DNA of 64,000 bases from the human T2T-CHM13v2.0 reference genome, Homo sapiens: the NCBI RefSeq assembly GCF_009914755.1, contig NC_060948.1; one strand, given 5' to 3'. How positions within the stretch are numbered: the stretch's first letter is position 1; each line of letters starts with the position of its first letter. Positions 1-12,187 of this stretch are shown piece by piece. Both the position numbers and the translations under genes were made by a program. Below the pieces are notes generated by a model. That model ran no database searches and was not told where the DNA came from. It was given only the letters and a program-made list of their open reading frames with translations.

Positions 1-195
1 GAGGAGGTCAGCAAAAAATACAGGTCATAAAGACCTTGCTAATAAAACAGGTTGCAGTAAAGGAGTCTGCCAAAACCTCCAAAATCAAAATGGCAACAAG
101 AGTGACCTCTGGTTGTCCCCACTGCTACACTCCCACCAGCACCGTGACAGTTTACAAATGCCGTGGCAACATCAGGAAGTTACCCTATATGGTCT
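1..195 (+). mobile_element. MER41 (MER41A-like) LTR fragment, truncated at ~195
   Basis: CAGGTCATAAAGACCTTGCT...GACAGTTTACAAATGCC...CAGGAAGTTACCCTATATGGTCT; also homologous to the MER41B copy at 18234. Confidence 0.8.
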
Positions 196-1529
196 CAGGA
201 CCGTGTTCTGTAACAGTAGGAGGCACAAGACCCCAAGTTCATCTTTAAATCCTCTTAGGCATCTCCTAGGACCACTTTCCCTCCATTGAATTGCAGCTGA
301 TCTCTGCTACTGCCTTGTAAAAAAAAACAAAAAAACAAAAAATGTGCTTCCCTTGCAGTTCCCCAAAACTCACTGCCCCAAACTCTTCTTTTTCTCATTC
401 ACAAAAAATCTACCTGAAAAGAAGCCCTGGTAACCACAGATGGGTATCACATAAACCCATTCCCAAGCCCTGCAGTGACCTGCTTTGCTGAGGCTGCGAG
501 ACCTGTCCTGATCCCTTATCACCTTAAGGATCTCATTGTTGGTAGCCTCGGGTAGGACCCACCTGTCTGCAAAAATCAAAGCAAAACAAAACAAAAATTA
601 TTTTTACAAAGGCTCTTCCTCCACTTGGGGTGAGGCTTCTGCAGACAGATCTAGGGCAGGTCTTCGAAGGGACAGTTTGAAAGAGGAATTGTGAAGTCTG
701 CCTTTTCCTAAAGCCTCCTCTCCCTGGGGATCTGCAAGGGAAAGGTTGGGGAGATTGCATTCTATTTACATTGCATCTGCTTTCTTCTGAAAACTCCCTA
801 GGGATATCTGTGGAGCCGGTTGCCTCCCTAAGCCCCAAGCCCAATCTTTTCTCTTCTCTTCTTTTTTTTTTTCTTTGGAGAAGTCTCCAAGCTGGACAAA
901 TTCAATTCTTTCTGTATTCAACAAGATAACCTCTAAAAAACCTGCCTACCGGGTCTTAAGTATTCAGTAGAGAGGTGTGTAGAGAAAAACATTTAAGGTG
1001 AAATGAGAGCTCTGACTGACATTTCTGTTCCTTAGATCCCAAGGCAACAGGCAGAAACTCCAAGGAAACATCAGAAACCCAGGAGGCAGACAGAAGAGGA
1101 CCTGGGTTTCTCCAAAAGCCAAACTGTAGCACTTGCTGCTCTAAACTGCCTTTCTGAGAGCTGTTAATTTTCCACATTGGAAAAGTGGCCAAGCTGAGTC
1201 AACAGGTTTTCCCGTGGAAGAGCTAGCTCACCCAGAAGCAATTCTAAGTGCTGTAGATTCCTGCAAACACCTGTCTTTGCAAACCAAGCAGCTTTTCCAG
1301 TGTACAATAAGACAATTAAGAGGAACCCAGCCATTCTGGCAGTCTCTTTACTCATCTTTTCTTTGCCAATGTGACTTCAGCATCAAGTTAATTGGCAATT
1401 GCGGTTACCATAAAGTGTTTCCTTGCCAGTTTTAAAGTATCTTTCAAATTGCCCAAGTATTTAAAATTATCTTCTTCTTGGAAGATTAAGCCCTGCCTGA
1501 AAGTTTTTGTTTCAAATTGCTATTGATTG

Positions 1530-1655
1530 AAACATTCAGCCTTCAATGGGAAGGAAATTCTAACACAGTCTACAATGTGGATGAACCTTGAGAGCATTAC
1601 ACTAAGTGAAATAAGTCAGGTGCAAAAGGACGACTAGAGTGTGGTTCTGCTTGTT
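1530..1655 (+). mobile_element. Old L1M (L1MB-like) 3' fragment, continuing at ~16925-17000
   Basis: TGGATGAACCTTGAGAGCATTACACTAAGTGAAATAAGTCAG; resumes as GTAGTCAAAATCATAGAAATAGAAA...GTTGCCAGGG after the nested block. Confidence 0.65.
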
Positions 1656-1659
1656 TGGG

Positions 1660-1800
1660 ACAGTCAACCTAAAAAGAAGCAACTCAGGTAAAATTACTAT
1701 AAATAGAGTTTATTTTGGCCAAACTTGATGCTTGCAAACTGAAAGAGTAGATTCAAGTTGCCCTGTATATACACTTAGATGCTTGGATTAGCAGCAGTTA
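1660..1800 (-). mobile_element. Older ERV1/MER4-group LTR, left part (right part ~16630-16920)
   Basis: LTR-like sequence with minus-strand AATAAA (TTTATT ~1708), interrupted exactly at the LTR10 terminus TGTTAGAAAT; subfamily not resolved. Confidence 0.4.
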
Positions 1801-2090
1801 TGTTAGAAATAAGAGCTTGGAGTCCCAAAGAAAATGAGCACTCAAACAAAATACTTCTCAACAAAGCAAATTTACCTCTGCAGAAGGACACTGTCTGCAT
1901 CAGTCACAATGGCAAGAGGACACTGAATAAAGAAAGGAAAGGGTTTTGATCTCTAATACATAGTCTCTACCTCTGTGTCACTAGCCCATGGGCTGGCGTC
2001 AGACCACACAATCTAAGATGACCCAATTGGCTACTTGTGAGTAATTTCTCAAGTAAGAAAAAGGAAAGGGAAGGTGAATTACAGTGGTGG

Positions 2091-2674
2091 TGAGAGATGA
2101 AGCCAGCTGGGCTTCCTGAGTCAAGTGGGGACTTGGAGAATTTTTCTGTCTTACAAGAGGATTGTGAAACACACCCATCAGTCCTGTGTAGCTAGCAAAG
2201 GGATTGTAAAATGCATCAATCAGCACTCTGTAAAAACACACCAATCAGCTCTCTGTAGCTAGCAGAGGATTGTCAAATGCACCAATCAGTGCCCTGTAAA
2301 ATGCACCAATCATCACTCTGTAAAACGCCCTAATCAGCACTCTGTAAAATGCACCAATGAGCAGGAGTCTAAAGGTAGCCAACCACAGGGAAGATTGAAA
2401 AAAGAGCACTCTGGTAGGACACAAACAGAACATGGGAGGGGACAAATAAGGGAATAAAGCCTGGCCACCCCAGCCAGCAGTGGCAACCCTCTCAGGTCCC
2501 CGTCCATGCTGTGGAAGCTTTGTTCTTTTGCTATTCAAAATAAACCTTGCTACCACTCACTCTTTGCATCTGTGCCATCTTTAAGAGTGGTAGCACTCAC
2601 CGCGAAGGTCCACAGCTTCATTCTTGAAGTCAGTGACACCACAAATCCACTGGAAGGAACCAACTCTGGACACA
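2091..2674 (+). promoter_or_regulatory. 5' LTR12-type LTR with tandem CCAAT (NF-Y) repeat units
   Basis: Repeated GTAAAATGCACCAATCAGCACTCTGT units; intact CCAAT at 2241, 2282, 2306, 2354; AATAAA motifs. Confidence 0.85.
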
Positions 2675-2677
2675 TCT

Positions 2678-2695
2678 TGGGGGCTTGCCTGGGGT
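2678..2695 (+). other. Primer-binding site, tRNA-Pro-like
   Basis: TGGGGGCTTGCCTGGGGT vs Pro PBS TGGGGGCTCGTCCGGGAT, 14/18 match; followed by splice donor GGTGAGT at ~2706. Confidence 0.65.
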
Positions 2696-3844
2696 ATCAC
2701 CACATGGTGAGTACCATCGGTCCCCTTTCACTTGATCTTCTGTCCTATTTTTCCTTAGAATTTGGGGGCTAAACACCAGGCACCTGTTAGGCAGTTAAAA
2801 GTGACTAGCACAGCTGCTGGACTAAAGACACTGGTGTCAGGCCTTCTGGGAAAGTAATAACAACCCCCAACTGTTCGGAGTTCAGAGCATTGGTTTGCCT
2901 GGAACCAGCTTCTGCTTTACCTGTACTTCTGGACTGAGCCAAGGGTTGACAGAGAGGAAAGTCATTCAGCTCCGGGGTCCTGACAAAAAGTTGGTTGACC
3001 CTACAGCCATGAGCAGAACTCTCAAAGTTATGTTGCCCAAGCAAGACTGACACATCTATCCCATCTATCCTGACCCTTGCCTCCTGTGTCCTAATGCCTG
3101 TCAGACAATATTCCTCCCACCTCTTTTCTCCAAGGCTAGTCCCATTTCTAAAAGCATATCCCTGTTTCTGATGCTTTTCTAGTTTCTCCTATAAGAATGA
3201 TTTCTAGTATAAATTTCAGGATTCTGTTGCCTTCTTTAGGCACCTGGGCTCACCAATCAGAAAGATATAATTTTTCATGAAGCCCCATTTTTTGGGGGAC
3301 TATGTGGAATTTTAGGATTCCTCCTCAGACTAGCAGGCCTAACAAAGGCTATTCCTGAAGCTAGGATATGGGGTGCCTCAGAAATGGTATGCCTTCAATT
3401 CATATGATGAGAAGTGAGGACAAAAGGTGTCACTCTTCCAACCCTGGAGATCCCTTCTCTCCCTCAGGGTTGGGCCCTCCACTCCATTTTGAGGCTATAA
3501 AAGACAAGGGTAAGTTCCCAATACCAACAGGAGAAAATGCTTAGGACTCTAACTAACAGGTTTTTGAGAATGCGTTGGTAAGGTCCACTAAATCTGACCT
3601 TCTTGGTCCTCTTCATGGTCTAAGAGGAAAGGGAGGGGTTCAGGTTTTCGAGAATGCATCAGTAAGGGACGTTAAATCTGACCTTCCTCTGTCCTCTTTT
3701 TAGTCTAAGAGGAAAGGCAGTGTTTCCACTGCTGCTTCAGTGAGTGCAACTATTCCAAACAGCAGGGTCCAGGGACCATTGCAGATTCTTGGGCAGGGGA
3801 GAAAAAACATCAACAACCAAAACAGTGGGCAGCTTTTTCTTTCA

Positions 3845-5345
3845 GGTAGGAAACACTCAGGCATCAACAGGCTCATCCCTGAAATGCATCCTAAGCCCTT
3901 GGGACAAATTTGACCCACAAACCCTGAAAAAGAAGTGGCTTAATTTTTTTCTGCACTATGGCCTGGCCCCAAAATTCTCTCTGATGGGGAAAAATGGCCA
4001 CCCGAGGGAAGTATAAATTACAATACTATACTGCAACTTGACCTTTTCCGTAAGAGGGAAGGTAAATGGAGTGAAAAACTTATGTCCAAACTTTCTCTTC
4101 ACTGAAGGATAATCCACAACTATGCAAAGCTTGCAATCTACATCCCACAGGAGGATGTCTCAGCTTACCTCCATATCCTAGCTTCCCTACAGCTCAACTT
4201 CCTATTAATGATAATCCTCCTCTAATCTCCTCCACCCAGAAGGAAACAAGCAAAGAAATCTCCAAGGGACCACAAAAGCCCCTGGGCTGTCAGTTATGTC
4301 CCTTCAAGCTGTAGGGGGAGGGGAATTTGGCCCAACCCGGATACATGTCCCCTTCTCCCGCTCTGATTTAAAGCAGATCAAGGTAGATATGGGGAAGTTT
4401 TCAGATGATCCTGATAGGTATATAGATATCCTACAGGGTGTAGGGCAAAACTTTGACCTCACTTGGAGAGATCTCATGCTATTGTTAGATCAAACCCTGG
4501 CCTTTAATAAAAAGAATGCAGCTTTAGCTGCAGCTGGAGAGTTTGGAGATACCTTGTATCTGAGTCAAGTAAATCATACAATGACCGACGAAGAGATGGA
4601 CAAATTCCCTGCTGGTCAGTAAGCCATCCCCAGTATGGATCCCCACTGAGTCCTAGACTCAGATCATGGGGACTGGAGCTGCAAACATCTGTTGACCTGT
4701 GTTCTAGAAAGACAAAGGAGAATTAAGAAAAACTCAATGAATTATTCAATGATGTCCACCATAACTCAGTGAAAGGAAGAAAATTCTACCAACTTCCTTG
4801 AGCAGCTACAGGAGGCCTTAAGAAAATATCCTCCTCTGTCATCTGACTCCCTTGAGGGTCAGTTCATCCTCAAAGGTAAGTTTATTACCCAATCAGCCAG
4901 AGATATCAGAAGAAAGCTCCAAAAGTGAGCCCTGGGCCCTGAACAAAATCTGGAGGTATTATTAAACCCAGCAAACTTGGTGTTCTATAATAGGGACAAA
5001 GAGGAACAGGCCGAACAGGAAAAGTGAGATATGAGAAAGGCCACAGCCTTAGTCATGGCCCTCAGAAAAACAAAACTTGGTGGTTCAGAGAGGACAGAAA
5101 AATGGAACAGGCTAATCAACCAGTAGGGCTTCTTATCAGTGTGATGTGCAAGGACACTTTAAACAAGTTGTCCAGTGAGAAACAAGCCACCCCCTCTTCC
5201 ATGTCCATTATGCCAAGGCAATCACTGGAAGGTGCACTGCCCCAAAGGAGAAAGGTTCTCTGGGCCAAAAGCCCCCAACCAGGTGATCCAATAGCAAGAC
5301 TGAGGGTCCCTGAGGCAAGCAACAGTTCATGTCATCACCCTCACT
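3845..5345 (+). pseudogene. gag: ERV9-type gag remnant
   Basis: ORF fragments GNTQASTGSSLKCILSPWDKFDPQTLKKK and VPFSRSDLKQIKVDMGKFSDDPDRYI; multiple stops and frameshifts. Confidence 0.85.
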
Positions 5346-5349
5346 GAGC

Positions 5350-8112
5350 CCTCAGGTAAATTTAACCATTGAGGGCCAGAAAAGTGACTTCCTCCTGGAC
5401 ACTGGTGTGGTCTTCTCAATGTTAATCTCCTGCCCTGGACAGCCATCCTCAAGGTCCTTTACCATCTGAGGAATCCTGGGACAGCCTGTAAACAGGTGTT
5501 TCTCCCAACTCTTCAGCTGTAATTGGGACATTTTGCTCCTTTCACATGCCTTCCTTGTTATGCCTGAAATTCCCACACCCTTATTAGGGAGGGACATATT
5601 TACCAGAGCTGGAATTATTATCTATATGACTATGGGGAACAAGTTAGACATTTGTTGTCCCCTACTTGAAGAAGCAATCAACAATGAAGTCTGGGCACTG
5701 GAAGGACAATTTGAATGGCAAAAAAATGTCCAACCAGTCCAAATCAGGCTAAAAGACCCCACCACTTTTCCTTATCAAAGGCAATATCCCTTAAGGCCTG
5801 AAGCTCATAAAGGATTACAGGATATTGTTAGACATTTAAAAGTTCAAGGCTTAGGAAGAAAATGCAGCAGTTCCTGCAAAATCCCAATTCTAGAATTGCA
5901 AAAACCCAGTCAGTGGAGATTAGTGCAAAATCTTAGACTCATTAATGAGGCAGTAATTCCTCTATATCCAGTTGTTCCCAACCCCTATACCATGCTCTCT
6001 CAAACACCAGAGGAAGCAGAATAGTTCATTGTTCTGGACCTCAAGGGTGCCTTCTTCTGCATTCCCCTGCACTCTGAGTTCCAGTGTCTCTTTGCCTTTG
6101 AGAATCCCACAGACCACATGTCCCAATTTACATGGACGGTCTTGCCTCAAGGGTTTAGAGATAGCCCTCATTTGTTTGGTTAGGCACTGGCCCAAGATCT
6201 AGGCCACTTCTCAAGTCTAGGCACTCTGTTCCTTCACTATGTGGGTGATTTAATTTGGCTACCAGTTCAGAAGTCTCATGCCAGCAGGCTACCCTAGATC
6301 TCTTGAACTTTCTAGCTAACCAGGAGTACAAGGTATCTAAATTGAAAGCCCAGCTCTGCCTACAATAAGTCAAATATCTAGGCCTAATTTTAGGCCGAGG
6401 AATCAGGGCCCTCAGCAAGGAATGAATACAGCCTGTACTGGCTTATGCTTGCCCTAAGACATTAAAACAGTTGTGCGGGTTCCTTGGGATCACTGGCTTT
6501 TGCCAACTATATATCACCAGATACAGCAAGATGGCCAGGCCACTGTATGATCAAGGAGACCCAGAGGGAAAATACTCATCTAGTAGAATGGGAAACAGAG
6601 GCAGAAACAGCCTTCAAAACCTTAAAGCAGGCCCTAGTACAAGCTCCAGCCTTAAGCTTTCCCACAGGACAAAACTTCTCTTTATATGGCACAGAGAGAA
6701 TAAGAGTAGCTCTTGGAGTCCTTACTCAGACTCATGGGGCAATCCCACAATCAGTGGCATACCTAAGTAACAAAATTGATGTAGTAGCAAAAGGCTGGCC
6801 TCACTGCTTATGGGCAGTTGCAGTGGTGGCTATCTTAGTATCAGAGGCTATCAAAATAATACAAGGAAACGATCTCACTGTCTGGACTACTCATGATGTA
6901 AATGGCAAAATAGGTGCCAAAGGAAGTTTATGGCTATCAGACAGCTGCCTGCTTAGATACCCTCCTTGAGGGACTGGCACTTCAAATACACATATGTGCA
7001 GCCCTCCACCATGCCACTTTTCTCCCAGAGGTTGGGAAACCAATTGAGCATGACTGCCAACAAATTGTAGCCCAGACTTATGCTACCCGAGAGGATCTTT
7101 TAGAAGTCCCCTTAGCTAATCCTGACCTTAACCTATATACTGATGGAAGTTCATTTGTGGTGAATGGGATACAAAGGGCAGGTTATGCCATAGTTAGTGA
7201 TGTAACAGCACTTGAAAGTAAGCTTCTTTCCCCAGGGACCAATGCCCAGTTAGTAAAACTAGTGGCACTTACCTGAGCCTTAGAACTGGGAAAGGGAAAA
7301 AGAATAAATGTGTGTGCAGATAGAAAATATGCTTATCTAATCCTACATGCCCATGCTGCAATATGGAAAGAAAGGGAGTTCCTAACCTCTGGGGGAACCC
7401 CCATTAAATAGCACAGGGAAATCATAAAGTTATGTGCAAAAACCCAAGGATGTGGCAATCTTACACTGCCAAAGCCATCAAGAAGGTGAAGGAGAAAAGG
7501 CAGAAAAGGCCATCGGGCAGATGCTGAGGCCAAAACTGCTGCCAGGCAGAACCTCCCATTGTAAATACTTATGGAAGAACTCTTGGTATGGAACAACCAT
7601 CTCCAAGAGATTAAGCCCCAGTATTCCCTTATGAAACAGAATGGGGACTTTCACATGGGCATAGTTTTCTGCCCTTGGGGTGGTTAAAGACAGAAGAGGG
7701 AAAGGTACTCATACCCAAAGCCAGAAAGTGGAAAATATTTAAGACCCTCCACCAAACTTTTCATATGGGTACTGAGAACACTCACCGAATGGCCAAATCC
7801 CTATTTACAGGCCCAAATCTCCTCTGGACCATCCAACAAGTAGTCAAAGCCTGTGAGGTGTGCCAAAGGAATAATCCCTTGGTCTATCATAAGGCTCCTC
7901 TGAGGAACAAAGAATTTGTCACTATCCTGGAGAGGACTGGCAGTTAGAGTTCACCCATATGCCTTAGTCAAGGGGATTTCAATACTTGTTGGTCTGTGTT
8001 GATACCTTTACAAACTGGATAGAAGCCTTCTCCTTCAAGACAGAGAAGGCTCAAGAAGTGGTTACTGTCCTAATTCATGAAATAATTCCTAAATTTGGGC
8101 TTCCCCAAAGTT
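5350..8112 (+). pseudogene. pol: ERV9-type pro-pol remnant (protease, RT, RNase H, N-terminal integrase; IN C-terminus deleted)
   Basis: FLLDTG (~5390), [34 protein letters not shown] zinc finger HQTFH...CEVC; jumps into env at ~8115. Confidence 0.88.
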
Positions 8113-8114
8113 TA

Positions 8115-9560
8115 CCAAGAATACCCTAACAGGATGTGCAATCCAGCTTTTATGCTGTTACATTGCCAACCTTACCTATTACACAAGCAGCGAAAAGCCC
8201 ATATACGACCCTGTAACCCTGAATACCATCTTAACTCTCCAAGCCCCTTGGTGCATCCAATGCAACCTGTTATCAGGCTTGTCCCTGGGGCACCTACTAT
8301 CCCATCTGTGTAATTACACCCTACAACTTCAAGCTCCAATTGATCATAGTAACTTCCGAGTCACACAAACAGCTCCATTCAGATGGCTTGCCCATTTCTA
8401 AGAGCCTCCAAAAATCATCACCTCCTCCATGCTTAACAAACAGTCCAGGTTTTATAATGGTAAACAAACTCCCTGCATGACGTTTCACCCCTGGACCCCC
8501 TGCAGCAGTACCCGCACCAGTAGTGAATACCTTCTCATCCCCTCTTTCAATTACTCCTTTAAATGGTTCCTAGTAGATACAAAATAGTTTTTTCTCCAAT
8601 GGGAAAATAGAACTCAGTTTTCTCCCAACACCCCTTTCCAGACAATAATTGGAGCTACCTTGGCAAGTACTCTCCTTTTTAACATACACAACCAGTTCTG
8701 TCTACCCAGCCAAGGCATATTCTTCTTATGTGGAACTTCAACCTGTATCTGCCTCCCCACCAAATGGACAGGCACCTGCACCTTAGTCTTCCTAAGTCCC
8801 AGCATTGACTTTGCCCCAGGAAATCAGACCCTATCAGTGTCCCTCAAAGCTCATGTCCATCAGCACAGGGCCATACAACTAATTCCCCCACTTATAGGGT
8901 TAGGAATGGCCACTGCTACAGGAACTGGAATAGCCGGTTTATCTACTTCATTATTCTACTACCACACACTCTCAAAGGATTTCTCAGACAGTTTGTAAGA
9001 AATAACAAAATATGTTTATTCTACAATCCCAAATAGACTTTTTGGCAGCAGTGACTCTCCAAAACCGCTGAGGCCTAGACCTCCTCACTGCTGACAAAGG
9101 AGGACTTTGCACCTTCTTAGGGGAAAAGTGTTGTTTTTACACTAACCAGTCAGGGATAATATGAAATGCCACCCAGCATTTACAGGAAAAGGCTTCTGAT
9201 ATCAGACAACACCTTTCAAACTCTTATACCAAACTCTGGAGTTGGGTGACAGGGCTTCTCTCCTTTCTAGGTCCCATGACAACCATCATGCTATTACTCA
9301 CCTGTGAGCCCTGTATTTTTAACCTCCTTGTCAATTTTGTTTCCTCCAGGATTGAGGCCATCAAGCTACAGATGGCCTTACAAATGGAACCCCAAATAAG
9401 CTCAACTCACAACTTCTACTGAGGACTTTGGATGGATCCACTGGCCCTTTGACTGTCTTAGAGAGTTCCCCTCTGGAGGACACTGCAACTTTAGGGCCAT
9501 TTCTCCACCCCTATCCAGCAGGAAGTAGCTACAGCTGTCATTGCCCTATTCCCAACAGCA
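8115..9560 (+). pseudogene. env: ERV9/HERV-W-like env remnant (partial SU, TM)
   Basis: FFLCGTSTCICLPTKWTGTCTLVFL, fusion peptide [40 protein letters not shown] at ~9055 with in-frame stop. Confidence 0.85.
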
Positions 9561-9588
9561 GTTGGAGTGTCCTGTTTAGAGGGGGGAT

Positions 9589-10100
9589 TGAAAGGTGAAG
9601 CCAGCTGGACTTCCTGGGTCAAGTGGGGGACTCGGAGAACTTTTCTGTCTTACAAGAGGATTGTAAAATGCATCAGTCAGTGCTCTGTAGCTAGCAAGGG
9701 GATTGTAAAATGCACAAATCAGCACTCTGTAGCTAGCAAGGAGATTGTAAAATGCATCAATAGCACTCTGTAAAATGCATCAATCAGTGGGGGTCTAAAA
9801 GTAGCTAATTGCAGGGAGGACTGAAAAAAGGGCACTCTGATAGGACAGAAATGGTACATGGGAGGGGACAAATAAGGGAATAAAAGCTGGTCACCCCAGC
9901 CAGCTGTGTCAACCTGCTTGGGTCCTCTTCCATGCTGTGGAAGCTTTGTTGTTTTGCTCTTCATGATAAACCTTGCTACTGCTCACCCTTTGTATCCTGT
10001 GCCATCTTTAAGGTAGCAACACTCACTGCGAAGGTCCTTGGCTTCATTCTTGAAGTCAGCGAGACTACGAACCCACCAGAAGGAACCAACTCCAGACACA
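9589..10100 (+). mobile_element. 3' LTR12-type LTR
   Basis: TGAAAGGTGAAGCCAGCTGG...CCAGACACA, colinear with 2091-2674 but with fewer repeat units. Confidence 0.88.
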
Positions 10101-12187
10101 GTGGGATGTGTGGTTTTGGCAGAAGGAATGGTGCAGAATGAGTAACCAAGGGAATAGATGTGAGTCATTGATTAGCGCTGATGGGAAGGTTGTTTACAGT
10201 AACTGGGGGCAAGGAGACACAGAGAAAAAGAAAGGTTTGGGAACAAAGAACAAGAAAGTTAACAGGCTAAAACGTTTGAAGAGAAATTTTATTGTATCTT
10301 ACAATTCCCCCTTTGTAATTTTTACAGTCCTTCCTCTTCAAACCTTTTTAACATGTCCTGACTTTGCTGTTTAACTTGATCCTTTAAAAGGAAAAGCTTT
10401 TCTGAATAAGGTGGAGGAGAACCAAGGGAGGTTTTAGTAAGTGCTATTTCTATAAGCCTTTGTGCTAGCCCACGGATGCATGGTATGACACAACATCCAA
10501 CAAGAATGAGTACACTTATGACTGCAAAAGAAGTAAGAACTGAGTCTCTGATTACTTTCCATTTAGCAAAGCGTCTTTCTAGACATCCTGAAAAATGGTT
10601 ATCAATTTCCAGGATTTCTAGCTAGTTCATTGGATAAAGTGGTAAGTCCTTGTAAGTCCCTTGTTATGCTTCCATCGGTGGCAATATTGTTTGGGATGAA
10701 GGTACAACATTGGGTTTTAATCATAATGCAAACTCCACTTTTTCAGCTAACATCATGTGTAGGGCCATTCTGTTTTCCCAAGCCATTTGGCTAGATGGCC
10801 CTAATTGCTCAACTATTCCTTTAATGGCATCCCTAGTATAATTGACAAATCATTGTTGGTTATAGTAGTTATAATTTATCTAATCTACATTTTTATTAAC
10901 AGTTACCCACCAGAACAAGGATTCAAGCTCTGCAGCTATTTGGTTTTAAGCTTTAAATTTATCTGGTACCCCTCATGTGTCCCCAGTAGCATTTATTTAA
11001 TGTGAGGGTCAAAAGATTCATGTGGAACACTTCTTTTTGTCTGATTCTCTTTTTTATTATGCTGATGGAATGCCAGGGTGAAAGATATGACCAATTGGAC
11101 CAGAGCACAAGTGATGCTCCAGTTATTTGGCAGAGTATTACTATTTAGGTAATAGCAGTCCACCACAATATCACTATATATCTGCTTGGGAATAGACAAG
11201 GGCAGTTTGACTGGTAAGTTCTTGGAAAGACTTGGTTTCACTATACTTTGTCAGGACTCCAAGGGACATTAATCTTTCCCCTACCGTGAGAGACATGAGG
11301 CTGGATGGCTCTCTGGGGCTGACCCACAGAGTCCTTACCTTGAGGGAATAGCAGAGAGAATCTTGCATGCCTCATTATACCAGGCTGTGGGATTTTGAAA
11401 GACACTCACCATGCAGCTCATGCCCAGTTGTTTAGAAGACCATCCAAGTGGGAAGAGGACTATCTGGGCCTCTGTCCTGCCTGCCACACAAGTGTAATAT
11501 TCACTTTTGTTAAACGTGTGAAAAGATATTTAATCCATTCCAGCCAGGCATTTACATATTGGAATCCTGTTTTAACTGCTAAAGTTTGTTTTAAATATTT
11601 AACTTCTACAATGTCTAGTTTGATGTTGCCATTGGGTAGGGAAGGGTTAAGAGGTCTAGAAGGATACATAGATTCTTGCTGGGGAGGTCCAACCCTGATT
11701 TTTGGTAATCCATAGAACATTAGACCAGCTATGGCAGAGAAGTTTTGTTCTTGGAGGATAAGATTTCCAGCTAACAGAAACTTTTCCAGAACCTTTCCAG
11801 TCTAAAGGAGTCCAGCTAACAGAATCTACCCAGTCTGAGGAGCTTTACAGAGGGCAGAGATACTTCTCTGAATTAAAGAGCTGCATTTGACTTTGCATGA
11901 CTCCACAAGGTGTAATAGGAGAAGCATCAAAACTAATGGTTTGAAATGGGCTTGATCTAATTACATTAATCATAAGATGGGGGGTCATCTAAGGGAAAGA
12001 GAAGGAGAGAGAGACAGACAGATTAGGCTTTTCTCTTTAACGTTACTCTGGTGGAGGCTGGTCCTGAGATGACGGTCCATTTTTTTTTTCTTGCTGTGGA
12101 AGTTACTCCTTTTACCCATGTGTGATTTGTCCATCCCCTTTTGGTTGTGCAGACAGTGGTCTCTGTAGTCAACAGAACAATTTAGGG

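Larger units (their letters stand above)
2091..10100 (+). mobile_element. HERV9/HERV-W-group provirus with LTR12-family (LTR12F-like) LTRs, defective
   Basis: TG...CA LTRs at 2091-2674 and 9589-10100, 4-bp TSD GTGG (2087-2090 / 10101-10104), PBS at 2678, PPT AGAGGGGGGAT before 9589, gag-pro-pol-env remnants. Confidence 0.9.
1801..10303 (-). mobile_element. HERV-IP 3' LTR (LTR10B-like), split into 1801-2090 and 10101-10303 by the ERV9 insertion
   Basis: The two halves joined are colinear with the LTR at 15995-16476; minus-strand polypurine tract (plus ATTCCCCC at 10304) abuts the TGTAAGATAC start. Confidence 0.85.

Noticed and set aside
2160-2365. Regularly spaced direct repeats resembling a CRISPR array
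   Set aside because: Internal LTR12 CCAAT repeat units; no unique spacers, and the context is eukaryotic
8660-8998. Possible syncytin-like env gene
   Set aside because: Only 112 aa, no signal peptide, stop before the ISD, and the ISD itself contains a stop
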